The notes beneath the pieces were generated by a model. The model saw nothing but the letters and a program-made list of their open reading frames with translations, had not been told where the DNA came from and did no database searches. The translations under genes and the position numbers were made by a program. A DNA stretch of 64,000 bases from the human T2T-CHM13v2.0 reference genome, Homo sapiens. Below, piece after piece: positions 1-15,900 of the stretch (its first letter is position 1; every line of letters begins with the position of its first letter). Where the stretch lies: the NCBI RefSeq assembly GCF_009914755.1, contig NC_060935.1; one strand, 5' to 3'.

Positions 1-39
1 CCATCAAGTCAGTGGCTTGTCCTCTCCTACAGATTCAGA

Positions 40-180
40 CCCGAATCTAGCATTGACTAGCCGTGTGACTCTGGGAAAGTCACTGTCCCGCTCTGAACCT
101 GAGTCTTGCCTCAGAAGGTGGTCATGAGAGTTGGATGAGACTGTATAGTGAGGCACATGGCATGGAGTGGCATACCATGC
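40..180 (+). mobile_element. MIR fragment
   Basis: 'tagccgtgtgactctgggaaagtcact...ctctgaacctgag' resembles the MIR core; boundaries approximate. Confidence 0.5.
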
Positions 181-399
181 AGCTGCTCCCTAAATGCCAG
201 CTTCTGCTCTGATAGGCCTGCCGCCTGTTAAGGAGCTCCTTCTCGCCTTTCTCAAAAGTCCCAGGGAACCTTGTCTGGGAGACCTACCAGAGTGTACTCC
301 CTGCAACAGCTGTCGCAACGTTTGGTGTCCTGTGACACTGAGGTGTTCAGTTTGCAGGTGTTTGCATGTGGCTGGTGGTAGAGCCGGGCCAGGCAGACC

Positions 400-605
400 T
401 GCTTCATCTCCTGGCTCCACTAACTTCTTGCTGTGTGACCTTAGGCAATTGACATAAGCCACTTGTGTCTCACTCTATTTGTGTCTCATTCTCCTCTTCT
501 GTTAAAAGAGGCAAAATAATGGCTACCTTACAATGAAATTGTGAGAATTAAGTGAGAAATAAGTACATAGCATGGTGTGGAGTACACAGCAGTCACTCAG
601 CAGCT
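400..605 (+). mobile_element. MIR SINE
   Basis: 'ctgtgtgaccttaggcaa...ttgtgagaattaagtgagaaat' MIR core. Confidence 0.65.
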
Positions 606-1470
606 GCGCTGTGTGTGTTGAGGGGGGTAGGCTGCTCCCTATCAGGCTGAGTCCTCCCAGGAAAGGACTGACTCCTCTTTGTCCTGGGTCTCCCCAAGCA
701 CCAAACAAAGACAGTCCCCATTCTGGAGGGTTCACGCTAATCGGGGGGAAAAACCCATCCCCCTCCTACTGCTCACTTCCTAGGCTCCCAGGCCATTCAT
801 CTTATTAACTTGGTAACTGTGCATTACTATTGGCAGAGGGCTTGCCAGTATGGCTGTGGAGCTATTTGGGAATGATTATCTTCCCTCTTTTGAGGTTTCC
901 CATTTGAGTTTAGGGGATCAACGACCTACAAATGGAGATCTCCTATTTCATTCGACAAAGAGTGATTGAGTATCTAGGATGTGCAAAGCAAATGCTAAGC
1001 TGCATCCTGGGCTGGTATTGGGGCATCAGAGATACTGCAAGATCCTAGCCCCAAGGCATCCCCAGATGCCATCTTACTCTTGCCAGCCCAGCCCCAAGCA
1101 TGGTCAATTAGCCAACTTTTTAGCCCTGGGAGAGGGAGTCCAGCAACGGGCAAAGGGTGGTTTTGTCGGGGAGCACTGCCCCGGATGTCCTGGACAACGG
1201 CTCAGCCACAATCAGCTGTTTGATTTTTGAATGAGTTTCTAATTTCTCTTGGCCTCAGTTTTCTCATAAAATCAGGAATTTGATTGGATGACATTCAAGG
1301 TCACCTGTCTATCCTAAAGTACTGTATTTCTAGAACTTTAGGTTCTTTGGGGGGTCTAAACTGAATCCCTTTTGCTGCATTTTAAGCCAATGGGAACTAT
1401 ATACTTGGTAACAGGTGAGCAACATGGGGTAGGGGTGAACAAGCCTAGTTCTCAGCATAGAGAGCTGCAT

Positions 1471-1821
<351 letters not shown>

Positions 1822-3918
1822 TAGTGAGAGAGCTCTGGTGGGATTGCATTCTAATTAAATATTTAATGGAGAGTGTCTGTCTGTTAAAATCACTGCCACT
1901 GCCTTGGGGATGGGTCTCCTTTGTATTCTTATTTGCAGCTTGCCTGCAAATTGCAGGACTAAGCCTAGCGGGAAATCTCCCCCTAAGACCACGTGGGATC
2001 TCTGAGTCCAGAGAGATTGTCTGAAGGCCAAAGGAGCATTTCAGGGCTCTGATCCCGCCCCTCCTACCCAACTTCTCAAAGCCTATTATGATACCTCAAT
2101 CAGGAACCAGGATATGCGCTCAGTCCCATGTTTGGAGCTTCTCTTTATTCTGCCTGCTCTCTGAGAGCTGGGGGGAAAAAAGAGTGTGTGCTTTTTTTCT
2201 GCGTTAATAAAACCCGAAATGAGTCTTCATTAAGGGCTCCATTAAGAAGCCACTGTTATTCTTGGCACTCATTAGCAATGCTGCTCACCACTAAATTGCC
2301 ACACTGGCATTTTCCCCGGGCTTCGTAGAGCCTCCTCCCGATGCTGGAAAGCTGCTCTTAAGATAGATCTGGACTTGCTGAGTTTCAGAGATGGGGGGAC
2401 TAGTTCCTGATGAGTTTACCTCATCCATTCCCCTGTCTCCAAACACATGCTTTTCCTTCTAGCTCTGCCAGCTTCTAGAGCCTCTCTCACTAGACTGTTT
2501 GAAGACTTAGTGGACCCTGGGTGGAAGTTCTTCCCCTTGTGGAACAGCCCTGTTGTGCTGCAGCGTCACCCCATGTGGATCCTTCACTCTGACACTGAAG
2601 AATATCTTTCTTTCTAAGAGCACTTTGCTTTCTTCCTCCTACTGAATTCAGATCCTCAGTCAATCTTTGTAAGTGATGAAGCCCTGCCTCCTTCCTGTAT
2701 CCCTGTGGTAAGACACCACCCTAGACAATGTACTTCCCTAGGGTAAGTTTGTCTTTTAGGTTCACGGCCCCCTGTATTTGTACCCTTTTTAGAGAAGAAA
2801 CAGACTTCACCCTTGCTTTCAAGGCAAGGCCTTTGACAATGGCCAAGCCTTTATCCAGGACCTGTGGCTGCCCGACCCCTTCTCCCCAAGCAATCAACTA
2901 ACATGTATTGAATTCATATGATGTGGCAAGCACGGGGTCAGGTTTTCCATCGCATTTAGCCAGAATCATATTTCCAACAAGTGAGATTTTGGTTGCTAAC
3001 ATGTTATAAATGAAAAAAACAGACAATTTTAAAGGAGTTTAGGCCCTTAATCACACAGGTAGTAAAAAGTAAACGCAGAGTCAAACCCAGATCTCCTGAC
3101 TCCAAGTAGAATGCCTGCCCACCTCCCCACACCGTCCTTGTCTTCTCTCTCCTTCAGATAATGACTAGTAAACATCAGAAAGGACTCTGAGATGCACTGC
3201 TAATGGCGAGCTGCTGATGTGATAATAAAAAGTTAGACTAAGGGTTTTGCTCACGTGTTAGAACTTTTACATCCAAGAGGCATTGTTCCCATCCGTGTAA
3301 TTCACTTGGAAAGCTTGATACCCATTCCAGTCACATCGCGCTGTGAAATCACTTTGGGAACTCCCCTTTGGAAGTCTGTGGCATGTGGTCTTGAATATTG
3401 GCAAATGTTTATTCTTTGAGGGTAAACTGTATCTTTGGAAACACCCCCAAAGGCATTTGGATTGAAGTCTGGAGAATAGGTAAGTGACCAAAACACGGGA
3501 CTTTGCTTTGGGCCAAAAACCTTTTAAAACATCTCTGTGTAGATACTTATTGCAAACAGGTCCTAGCTTCTGTGTTGTAAGAAAGAGATCTCAAGTGTTT
3601 CAGAATCTTGCCATATGAAATAAAGCTTGACTGACCATTTGATGGGTATGGAGTGGGGTAAATGTGGGCACTGATACTTGAAACCAAATGACCCATATTC
3701 TCCCCTCATGCTTTCACCACTGTTTTGGGTGTGGGAGAGATGTTGGCTCCCTGACCCTGGGTCAGCTGGAGCATCAAAGGTCATTGATCACCATTTTCCT
3801 GCCAACAACGCTAAATGGAGATGCTCTCTCTTCTGTCCATCACAAGAGTGTGGCTCAGCCTTTTATAAAACCACTCCCTATGTCCGCATTCCCTGAGCTC
3901 TTCAGCCATCATGGTCAC

Positions 3919-4226
<308 letters not shown>

Positions 4227-4714
4227 TCGTGGTCACTGTTAATTTTCTCTTCCAATGAACTGAGTCTTTTACCTTCTTCAATATTTTCATTAGTCCCAGA
4301 GAGGGAAGAGGAAGAGGGCTGGACAATTGCTTCTGGCTTCTGGGTCCTTGCTCCTCTTTCTTTAAACTTGGTGAGTCTGTGTAACAACCTATTGCTTTTT
4401 GGCATGACTTCACTTGGACACACTTTTTTGAGATGCTCAAGTGTCCCCTTTGAGCTCTCTGACTTTAGCCATGTTTGACCTTGATTTTCAGGCCTCAGGA
4501 ATCTTCACTGGGGCTGAATGCAGTGGGAACAGGAAGTGTGTGATGGACCGATGTTGAGGAATTGCTGCTATGGACTGAGAGGTGTTGGTCTCTCCTCCTC
4601 TGCTTTCAGGGGAAACCCATCTGGTGAAGTTACGGTTATATTAAGCATGGACAACTTAACAGGGACCCCTGGAATTAGGTGCCCTTGTCTCTGTTATTTC
4701 AGGCAAACTCAATG

Positions 4715-4870
4715 GGAACTTGGGCAGTGACCATCCCTGTGAGCTTCAGTTTTGTCATCTGTAGAGTGGGATAACGATACCTATCTTCAGAGGTTGTGAA
4801 GACCAAGTGAGATGATTCATACAAAAAGCTTGGCTCGTGACTGGTGCATACCAGGTGTTCAAAATGAATG
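4715..4870 (+). mobile_element. MIR SINE
   Basis: 'ttgggcagtga...cttcagttttgtcatctgtagagtgggataa...ttgtgaagaccaagtgagatga'. Confidence 0.75.
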
Positions 4871-5222
4871 CCACTATGTATGATGATACCAACGTATTAG
4901 TGACTCCAGCTGGCTGTGAGCTGGAGCTAACTCATCTGGGAGGGAGGGGAGGGGAGAGGTGAGGAGTGGGTGGGAGCTGTCCATGGTTCTGCGTCCATTC
5001 AGCCAAGAAGCCATTTGACTGATTCAGCAAACATCAGTGATCACCTCTTTTGTGTCAGCACCCTTCTTGGCACTGAATTCTTCAGGCAAAAGGAAAGCAC
5101 TTTTCTAGGTTCTCAGAGTCTCATTCACACAGAGGTGGAGTGTCGGCGAGTATGGGGCTGTCTCACGTACGTGCATCTCTGTGGGCACGTTGTTCTAACA
5201 CTATGTGTGTACTGTGGGTGTA

Positions 5223-5282
<60 letters not shown>

Positions 5283-5297
5283 TGAGAGAGAGAGAGA
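5223..5297. repeat. Compound microsatellite (CT)n(GT)~22(GA)n
   Basis: Read directly. Confidence 0.97.
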
Positions 5298-7489
5298 GGA
5301 GGGAAGGTGGGAAGGGGCCATGTGGGTGGCAGCTGAGATGAAGGCGGGGTATTGCTGTAATAGAGCTCACCTGTGTAAACTGGCTGGCAAGGAGGCCCCA
5401 GCTCAGCCACGAGGAGAGGATGGCCTCCCAGAAACCCCTGAAGAGGCTGTAGGGCATACTGACTTCCACCCCATCCCCATCCCAGCCCACCAGAGCAGAG
5501 TAAATCTGAGGACAGAGCTGAGCTGTTCCCCTGCTGGGCACTTCAAACTAATTTTCTGGTACATTATACACTTGGCCTTTTGAACAATCAATGGCCTTAA
5601 ATGCTGTTTGGTTCCTGCAGCCAAATCCAAGAGAAATAAGACATAATCCATCTGGTGGATATGGCCAGGGCAGAGAGTGAGGGAGGGGAAGAGGAGTCTA
5701 GAGTTGCTGGGACTGGACCTCTGCCTGGCTCAGGAGGGCGGGGTGGGGCTGGGGGTAGAATTGAGAGGGACCTGCCAGGTTTGGAGAGAATGGGCCTTTA
5801 AGGGGTATTGATGGCCAGCTAATCACAGGCCCATTTGTCTCAATGCATCCTGGCCACTCCAGCTGTCACTCCCTCAGGTGCTGAGCTATGGTGGGGGAGG
5901 GCTGGGATACAGCTCAGGGTTCAGGGCTCAGGGCAGGGACCCCAGCCTTGGTGTGGATGTCCTCGAAGCCAGGACAGATGTGTCTCAATCTGAAGTTAGA
6001 TTTTGGGCAGAATCACCTAGGATCCCTGAGATGGCACCGGGCAGGATGTCCTGAGGGCAGGGACTGGTGTCCCAGAACAGGCTTAGGACTGATCGAAAGA
6101 ACCCACCCTGGCTCAGGAGGACAGCATGACCACTGCCAGCCCTGGTCTGGGGCGAAGCCTGGCAGAGGGTGGAGTGGAGAGGGTGCATGTGGAGGAAGGG
6201 GCTCAGTTATTCCATAGTGAGAGGGAAAGCAGGATCTGCCTTCTTCAGAGCCTCTGCTGCCCACAAGGGTGAGACCCCTGGAAGGACCAATAGCCCAGAG
6301 TCTCAGGCTGCCCTGGTGCCACCAATGGCCCAGCTAGAGGACTGTACCCCAGGGACCCCAGGAATGAGGTGGGGGAGTCAAGGACCCCAGGGCCCAGTTT
6401 CCCATCTTTTCTAGAAATAGTCACTGTCTAGAAATAGGTAGGTAGAGGATACAGACCTCTTCTGGACCCATGGGCTTGGGCCTCTGCTGGACTCAGGGGT
6501 GGGACCTTGTGGGAAACTCTCTGGAGCTGGGAGAGCTGATGTTTGTGGTATGAGGTCAATTGTCTCAGCAGCCTGCTGAGATGTGGGGGAGGTGAGAAAA
6601 TGCGCCATTCCCAAGGGCTGTTTGGAAGTGGCTTCCCTGGGCAGGCATGTGGGTGGAGGGGGTGGTGTGTGGGAGGTGGCAGCTCCCTGCACCTGGCTCT
6701 GGGGAATGGGACCCACCCTAACTACCTGTCTGCATCTTCAAGCACTATCTCCTGCCTGGATTGCTGCTGGTACCATGCCTGAGATACAGGCCACACCCCA
6801 GCTCCTGGGGGGAGAGAAGGTAGAGGAGGCTAATAAGGGGCCTACCCAGGTGCCAGGGCAGAGACAGAGATAGGGGACAGGGGGCCTGGGGAGGGTGAAG
6901 GGGGACCTCCCTAGAGATGGGCAGGTGGGGGCTCATGGTGGGTGATGCCAGGAAGGAGAGAAGCCAAGCTTGGCGTTTATTTGGGCTGTGGACTCTCCTC
7001 CCTTCCAATTATTCACAGCCAGGCCCACAAGGTCCCCTCCAAAGCATGGCCCTACCTGGCCCTACTTACCTAGAGAACTGCTCCTGCTTCCTTGGTTTGG
7101 GGACGTGCAGCCTTCAGCTGCTGCAGCAGCGACAATACAGTGGTGGCAGCAGCTCTGTGATAAAGGCGGGGCCTGTGCACCTCTCCAATAAGTAATTATG
7201 CCGAGAGTGTGTTCTACGGAGACGTGGGGCTTGTCTGACAAGGCACACTCTTGTTCCTGCTGCTGAAGCAGCTAGGGAGCTGAGTGGAGAGGCCAGGGGC
7301 TGGAGGCGATGGTGCTGCATGGGGACCCGGCATGGATAACGGGCTGCTGATCCTCAAGGGCTCTCATCCAGGGGGTGCACCTGCCCCTCCCCAGGCCAGA
7401 GGAAGGAAAAGGGGGGCTAGGTCAGAGGACTCCCCAAACAGGGATGTGTAGAAGAGCTGGGGGATGTTACACACTTATATTAATACCTT

Positions 7490-7700
7490 GTTTCAACAAT
7501 TATTATAGTAGCAGAGATACCTAATATTTACATAGTGTTCTGTACTTTTCAGAGCATTTTCATGTTTGATTCTTCCCATAACCCTTTCATGAAAGGGCAG
7601 ATCTTTTCTCCCATTTGAATGATGAAGAAACCAAGACCTGAGAACATTTGGCGGCTTGACCAAGGTCGCCGGACAGAGCTGGATTTCTTGACCCATTGGT
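7490..7700 (-). mobile_element. MIR SINE
   Basis: 'ctaatatttacatagtgttc...ttcttcccataaccctttc...cccatttgaatgatgaagaaaccaagacctgaga'. Confidence 0.7.
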
Positions 7701-8759
7701 TGGGCTCCTTCCCTAGGTCCAGGTTGGCCAATCCCCCGACACAGCCGAGCCCGCATGGCACACCACAGGCCCTGTGTGTGAGGTCTCCCGGCAGGAGCTG
7801 AGAGGAGAGGTCTGGAGGGAGAAGGGACTTGGAACCCTGCATTGGGAAGCTTCTGGCAGCAGGACAGGCCATTCCTGCAAGGCAGAGTGAGGCGGCTCCA
7901 CAGGTGTGGACCAGCACGTGTTTCCACACAGACACGACAATGTCCTAGGAGGGGGCTGCTGACACTGATTGCCATCTGCATGCTGGGTCTGGTGTAAAAG
8001 ACACTGCATGACAACCAGCCCTTTCCACACCGTGCACACGTGAAGATGGTGCCAATGAACCCCACAGATTCTGCCCAGGAAGCACTGAGAGCCCAGAAGA
8101 GATGACAGGCACATTCAGTGGGCCTGGGCGAGCCAGGGAAGCTTCCCGATGGAGGCAGTTCTGAGTGGAGTCTGGAGGAAAAAAAAAGGACAGCCATCAT
8201 CAGATGAGAAACAGAGGGCCTGGGGCAAAGGGATGAGTGGTCTAGGATGGTGAGTGTTTCAGTTTGGGTAAACCCAGGAGTGGATGAGGGGCCTGGGATG
8301 GCTGGCAGTTGAAATAGAAGGTCAGGTATGAATTTGATATGCTAGAAATTAAGGAGCCCCTGAGGGTCATTACAAGGGAAGAAATAAGATCAAAACGGTG
8401 TGACATGAGGATGGGAAGGAGGGACTGAAGACAGGCATGGGGCGAGCACTTTGGTCAGCAGCGTTCCATCTGACTTGGAATTCTAGGCCACCATGCAACC
8501 TGGACTTCTCTGGCTGGCTGCCGGGCTTTGGGACCTCTAGTGCACTCTGCCACCAGATTAGGCTGGGTTTTGGAAGGTGGGGATGGATGGCTCCCACAGC
8601 CCATTGCCCCGACCCATGGCGCCTTCCCCCACCAAGCCAGGCTCCAGCCTTCCCTCGACAGGATGCCAGGTCAATGCTGGATTCTGCCTCAGGCTCCAGG
8701 AAAAATCTTGCTGCTCTGGGAAGATGCCCTGCTGCTCCTTCTGCTCTGCTCTGTGGTGA

Positions 8760-9291
<532 letters not shown>

Positions 9292-9909
9292 TAGGAAGAA
9301 AGTAACATTTTGCTACCTAATTTCTTGGCCTTTCAAGCCCACCCTGGACTAAGGCCCTGAGGTACTCATGATGGCTGAGCAGGAAGGGCCTGCTATTGTC
9401 ATAAAGGGGAACCAAGGTCCATGGCGGAAAAAGGTGGTTTATCCTTAAAAGGGTGTTCTCTGTGAGTGACACTCCAAAGCACCTTCACTAACCCATCTGG
9501 GTCCCCACAGTGTGAAGTAGGACAGGGTTGCTTCTGTCTCCCTCTGCCAGGCTTTCCTGGGGAATTTTAAAGGGACAAATTCTCTTCCCAGGATTGGGGG
9601 TGGAGGGAACCCAGGAGCTATAGGCACCTGTAAACCCAATTTAAAAATCAGTCTAGCCAACCAGCCCCCAGAGGAACCAGAGGGAGCTATAGAGTAACTC
9701 AAAAGCAGACACTAATGGAGGAGAAAAGAAATGTAGTTACATATTCATCAGCTTGTAAATATTCATGAGGATTGTAAAGCAGATTAATTTTCATGCCTCA
9801 TTTCTCCCGAGGTTCCCGCTGTCCATATTTTACCACAGCAAGAGAAGAAGAGGGAGCGATGGATCACCTGGCCACTGCCCTTACCATCACTTAAGGAGCA
9901 GCATGCGTG

Positions 9910-9912
<3 letters not shown>

Positions 9913-9954
<42 letters not shown>
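9913..9954. repeat. (GT)~21 microsatellite
   Basis: Read directly. Confidence 0.97.
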
Positions 9955-9956
<2 letters not shown>

Positions 9957-11069
9957 GGGCCGGGGAGCAGGAGATGTGGTCGCTGTGGAGGTGTAGGCGC
10001 TAGCCTCCTGAGGGACCAGCTCTACCTCCTGCCAGGCCAGGACAGCGTGGGGACAGCAGGGCACAGCTGCAGACCAGGGTGGGGAGGAGGTGGCGGTGCC
10101 TGAGGACAAGGGGGCATCCTGGAGCGGGGCAGACTCTGGAGCCATCAAGGTAATTTCGGGCCTCCCCAGGGTGAAGAGAGAAGAAAGAGGACCTTTACCA
10201 GAGTCAGCAGGAGCTCCACCTCCACTCCCCTCAACTCATGGTCTAGATGAATGATTGAGTGAGGTGAGGGAGCGGAGGAGAGGGCATGCAGAGGGGCGGA
10301 GAGGCATGAAAGACACCGAAGGACAAAGGGAAGGGGCAAGAAACAGAGGCGGACAGAAGCCATGGGCGAGGAGAAAGCAAAAGGGTGAGGGTTCCAGCTG
10401 GAGGGCTGAGAATGAAAGGACGAAGGGGAAAAGCAGCAGGGATGGAGGTTAGATATCTTGAAGGACTTCCAGATCCCAGGGCTATTGGACCTTCTCTCTA
10501 TAGGGCATGGGAGAAATATTCACCCAAGCCATACACCAGTGGTGAGGCATAGTACAGAGGAGCTGAAATCAGAAATGTGCCAAGATTGCTTGGGCAACAG
10601 CCAACAAATGTCCCGGCCAGCAGGGGCAAGGCAGAGTTAGGGGAGACTCCCTGTCAAATGCAAGGTGTCCACGTGAGACATCCCGTGGGCTAAGGGGACA
10701 AATCTTGTCCAGAGTCATGAATGGGAACCAGAAACTTCTGTGAAGAGCAGAATATGGGCCCCTGGGGGACAGCCACCTGCGCAGCTTCTTGGAGGTCCTG
10801 GAGTGTGGTTCTTGGGTAGGAATGCAGTCCATTTAAAACAAGGCCAGGCCAGCAGCCTTCAGTAGCTTGGATCCACTTTCTTGGAATTAGAGGAGGAATG
10901 GTCCAGCCTCTGAAGGGGGCGGGTCAGTTTTCCAGCTCCTGCCACTTCATGGAGACTGAAGTCTGTTCCAGGGAGTGGGAAACGCAAGGAGCTCTCTGGT
11001 GATGTTTGAGCATCACTAGGCAAGACCTTCACCAGTAGGCTCCTTCCCCAGCTGCCTTCCCTCCACACT

Positions 11070-12370
11070 GTCTGGGATCTCCCCACTGAATTCCTAACTT
11101 GTGTGTCCAGCTGCTTATGGGATATGTCCACTGGGAGGTCCAGTAGGCATCTCAAACCTAGCATGTCCACAGCCACGCTGACCCACTCACAAGCCTGTCT
11201 GGCTGCAACCTTCTCTATACCAAGCCAGTGGCAACTCCATCCTTGCAGCTCCTCAGGGCTGTCAAAAGTCTAAAGATCTTAAATGGCTTTTATTTGTGGT
11301 TCTAGAATCAGGTGACACCTTGTTTTATAAAACAGAGTGAGTGTTCCGAAGAGCTAACCAGAGGAGGTGGGTTTTATGGACAGGAAAAGGCTGAGCAGAA
11401 ACAGGGAACGAAAAGTGAACTTGTCATTTCAAAGTTCCTTTTTCTTGTAAAGGTTAAAGCAGAGGGGACTTCCTTTCTTGCCAATGAAAATTGGCCAGTT
11501 TGGAGACTTGGCTATTATCTCTCTCTCCTGATCCCTCCCAAGTTCAGATAAAGATCTTAGTTCTGGCTTGGTGGCGTGGAACTTCGGCATGAATGACTCC
11601 ACTTTGGTTTGGTCTGTTGGGCCCAGTGCAGGAGCTTAGACCAAGCCATTGGCCTCCTATAAATTGTATTTAACAGGGCAAACAACTTAGGAGTCACCCT
11701 TGCCTCCTTGCTCCTTCAGCCCTTCAACATAATAGTCAGAACCCCACCGCTCCCACCACCTCTGTGGCTCCAGCTGGGCCCAAGCCCACATCTTCTCTCG
11801 TTTGGTTGCAACAGAAGCCATCTGCTTACCTCCTGACCCTCCCCTGTCTATTCACACAGTGGCCAGAGTGAGGCTTTTACCAGGGCAGAGCATGTCCTGT
11901 CTCTGTTCCCATCTCAGAGTCACAGCCCACATTCTCCGTGGCCTAGAAGGCTCTTTGCAGCTGGCCTCTCCATTTGTCTCCCTGTCTCGCCTTTTTCTCT
12001 TGCACACCCCTGCAGCCACACTGGGCTCCTTGAGCAAGCCAGGACTGCTGCCACCTCAGGGCCTTTGCACGGCGCTCCCTTCCTCCCTCCCGAGCACTTG
12101 CCTAGATGTGCCTTCTCAGTGAGGTCTTCTCTGAGCACCTGATTTAAAATTGTCATCCTGTTCCCTGGCTCTCTCTCACCCTGCTCTATTTTGCCCCCAT
12201 AGCACTTTTTGCCTTCTACCATGCTACACAGTTATTTATTTTGTTTGTTGGTATTGTATACTGCCTGCCCCCACCCACTGGAATATTGGGTTTCTGAGAG
12301 CAGAGATTCTGTCCATTGAGTTCTGTGCTGCGTCCTCAGCACCTACAGCAGAGCCTGGTACATGTGGAAA
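11070..12370 (+). mobile_element. L2 LINE 3' region, interrupted by an LTR
   Basis: L2 hallmarks 'aggcatctcaaacctagcatgtcc', 'gtggcaactccatcctt', 'ccacctcagggcctttgcac', 'cagcacctacagcagagcctgg'. Confidence 0.8.
11260..11675 (-). mobile_element. ERV1 solo LTR (MER57/MER93-like)
   Basis: TG...CA ends, 4-bp TSD gggc (11256-59/11676-79); minus strand begins TGTTAAATACAATTTATAGGAGGCCAATGG. Confidence 0.8.
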
Positions 12371-12463
12371 TCCTGTGGGAGATTTCCACAATCAATATTT
12401 ATTCCACAGGAGGCATCCCCTTCTGACCATGAAGGGTTAACCGCTGTAGAAATTGCCCATCTA

Positions 12464-12728
12464 CCCAGCACTTTGGGAGGCCACGGCGAGCGATCACCTG
12501 AGGTCAGGAGTTCGAGATCAGCCCAGCCAACATGGTGAAACCCTGTCTCTACTAAAAATACAAAAATTAGCCAGGTGTGGTAGTGCTCGCCTGTAATTTC
12601 AGCTACCTGGGAGGCTGAGGCAGGAGGATGGCATGAACCCGGGAGGCGTTGCAGTGAGCTGAGATTGAGCCATTGTACTCCAGCCTGGGTGACAAGAGTG
12701 AGATTCTGGCTCAAAAAAAAAAAAAAAA
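12464..12728 (+). mobile_element. AluS (Sq-like), 5'-truncated
   Basis: Starts at 'cccagcactttggg'; poly(A) 12713-12728; degenerate TSD gaaattgcccatcta/gaaactattcatcta. Confidence 0.93.
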
Positions 12729-12742
12729 GGACAAAGAAACTA

Positions 12743-13955
<1,213 letters not shown>

Positions 13956-14014
13956 AATAAATGATTTTATTTCTGCTGTTGCTCCTATCAAAACCATATG
14001 GGTCAGGGGTGGGG

Positions 14015-14349
<335 letters not shown>

Positions 14350-15739
14350 CCCCACATGGGGTGTGAGAGGCATGTTTTTCCAAAAAGCTTATTCTCCCTG
14401 CAGCCTGTGCTTGCCCCTCCCCCCACCTTGAGATGGCATGAGTTGACTGCATTCACTTTCCCAGCTCCGCCGGACTCTGTGGAAACAGGCTTCTTTTCTA
14501 TTTGGTCCTCAAATACAATCTAGATTTCAGGTTGCAAGCAGTGGCTCTCCTCAGTCACCTTTCAGCTGATGTTTCCTGAGCCCCTCCCATGTCCTTTGAT
14601 CTGAGTGCACTCCACCTCCCGTCCAGCATCATCATGAGCCTCTCCTCTCCATCAGTCCCACTGTATCCCACACTTAGTCGTGGGGCTCTTGTAAGGGGAT
14701 GATGAGCAAGACCCGGCCTCTGCCCCATGGAGCTCCGAGTCTAGCCAGGTTTGCTCAATGCAAGGAAGAAAGTGACAAGGTTCATGAGATCAGTGTGGAC
14801 AGGTACTTAGGGAGAAAGAAAGCCTCATGTGGAGGTCAGAGAAGGCTTCATGGAAGAGGTGGCATCTGTGCTGGGTTTTGAAGGATGGATAAGATTTGGG
14901 CTGCTGGGAATGAAGGGACGGGTATTCTGGGCAAAACTGGGCGTCATCCTGAACTCCCTCACCTCTTATTTCCCCTTCTCTCAGCACATTTGTCATCTGC
15001 CTACCGGCACTGCCGTGAAGCCTGGTCCCGAGCACCTGAGCCTCTCATTTCTCATCCCCCTCGCATTTCATCTCACCCCTTTCCTTCTCTCCCTTCTCTT
15101 CCTTCTCTCATATTTTGAATGCAAAATATGAACAGCTCCTAAAAAGGGCAGAGTTGTTCATCGACGGCTTTCCACATATCAGCTGACCTTCAGGGTGCCT
15201 CGGGGTGTGGTGGGCATGTGCAAATGAGCAGGGCTGGAGGGAGGCTGAGCAGTGGGTGGCGGAGGTGCCCATCCTTCAGGTATGCTTGTTCTAGATAAGG
15301 ATGAGCTTGTTATTGACAATGATGTCACTGGACAAAGCCCAAGGAGGGAGGATCGGGAGTGGGGGTTCCCTGTGGTGGGAGGTTTGAGCAAATGGGGAGC
15401 TCAGACACCAGCTCTGAGGTGACGCATGCACCCCTCCTCCCTTCCCACCTCCCTGGGTCTGCCGTCTTCCCTGGAGTGGCTTCTGCCTGTCATCCAGGCA
15501 GATGTCCCTCCTCTCCCTTCCCCACAGCAGGGTGGAGAGGTGGTGTCCACGGGGTGGCAGACAGAAAGTCTGGGTGAGCGCTCAACCTCCTAGGACTTTC
15601 CACCTGAAACCTCAAGATCCAAGCTGGGGCAGTGCTGGCCTGTAGCTCTGGGCATCAACTGAGCCAGCCTGGGGAAAATCTGGGAAAAGGGCACCACAGT
15701 GGGGTGGCTGTGAGGCCTAACTTTGGTGCCACGTGGCGC

Positions 15740-15900
15740 TGGGCCAGAATTGCATCTCCACTATCTAAGTGCTTGAGGTAAGTTTCTTAACCTCCAATCT
15801 GCAGTGTCCTTATCTGTAAAATGGAGACAATGAAACTGCCTACCTCTCAGTGTGGGCATGTTAAGCAGTGCGTAAGGGCAGGTGCTGTTATGATTATGTC
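15740..15900 (+). mobile_element. MIR SINE
   Basis: 'aagtttcttaacctcc...cagtgtccttatctgtaaaatggag...tacctctcag'. Confidence 0.65.

Noticed and set aside
4970-5583. ORFs with CVCVCV or HTHTHT runs
   Set aside because: Translations of the (GT)n microsatellite
7493-8200. 235-aa minus-strand ORF
   Set aside because: Runs into a MIR; no protein-family features
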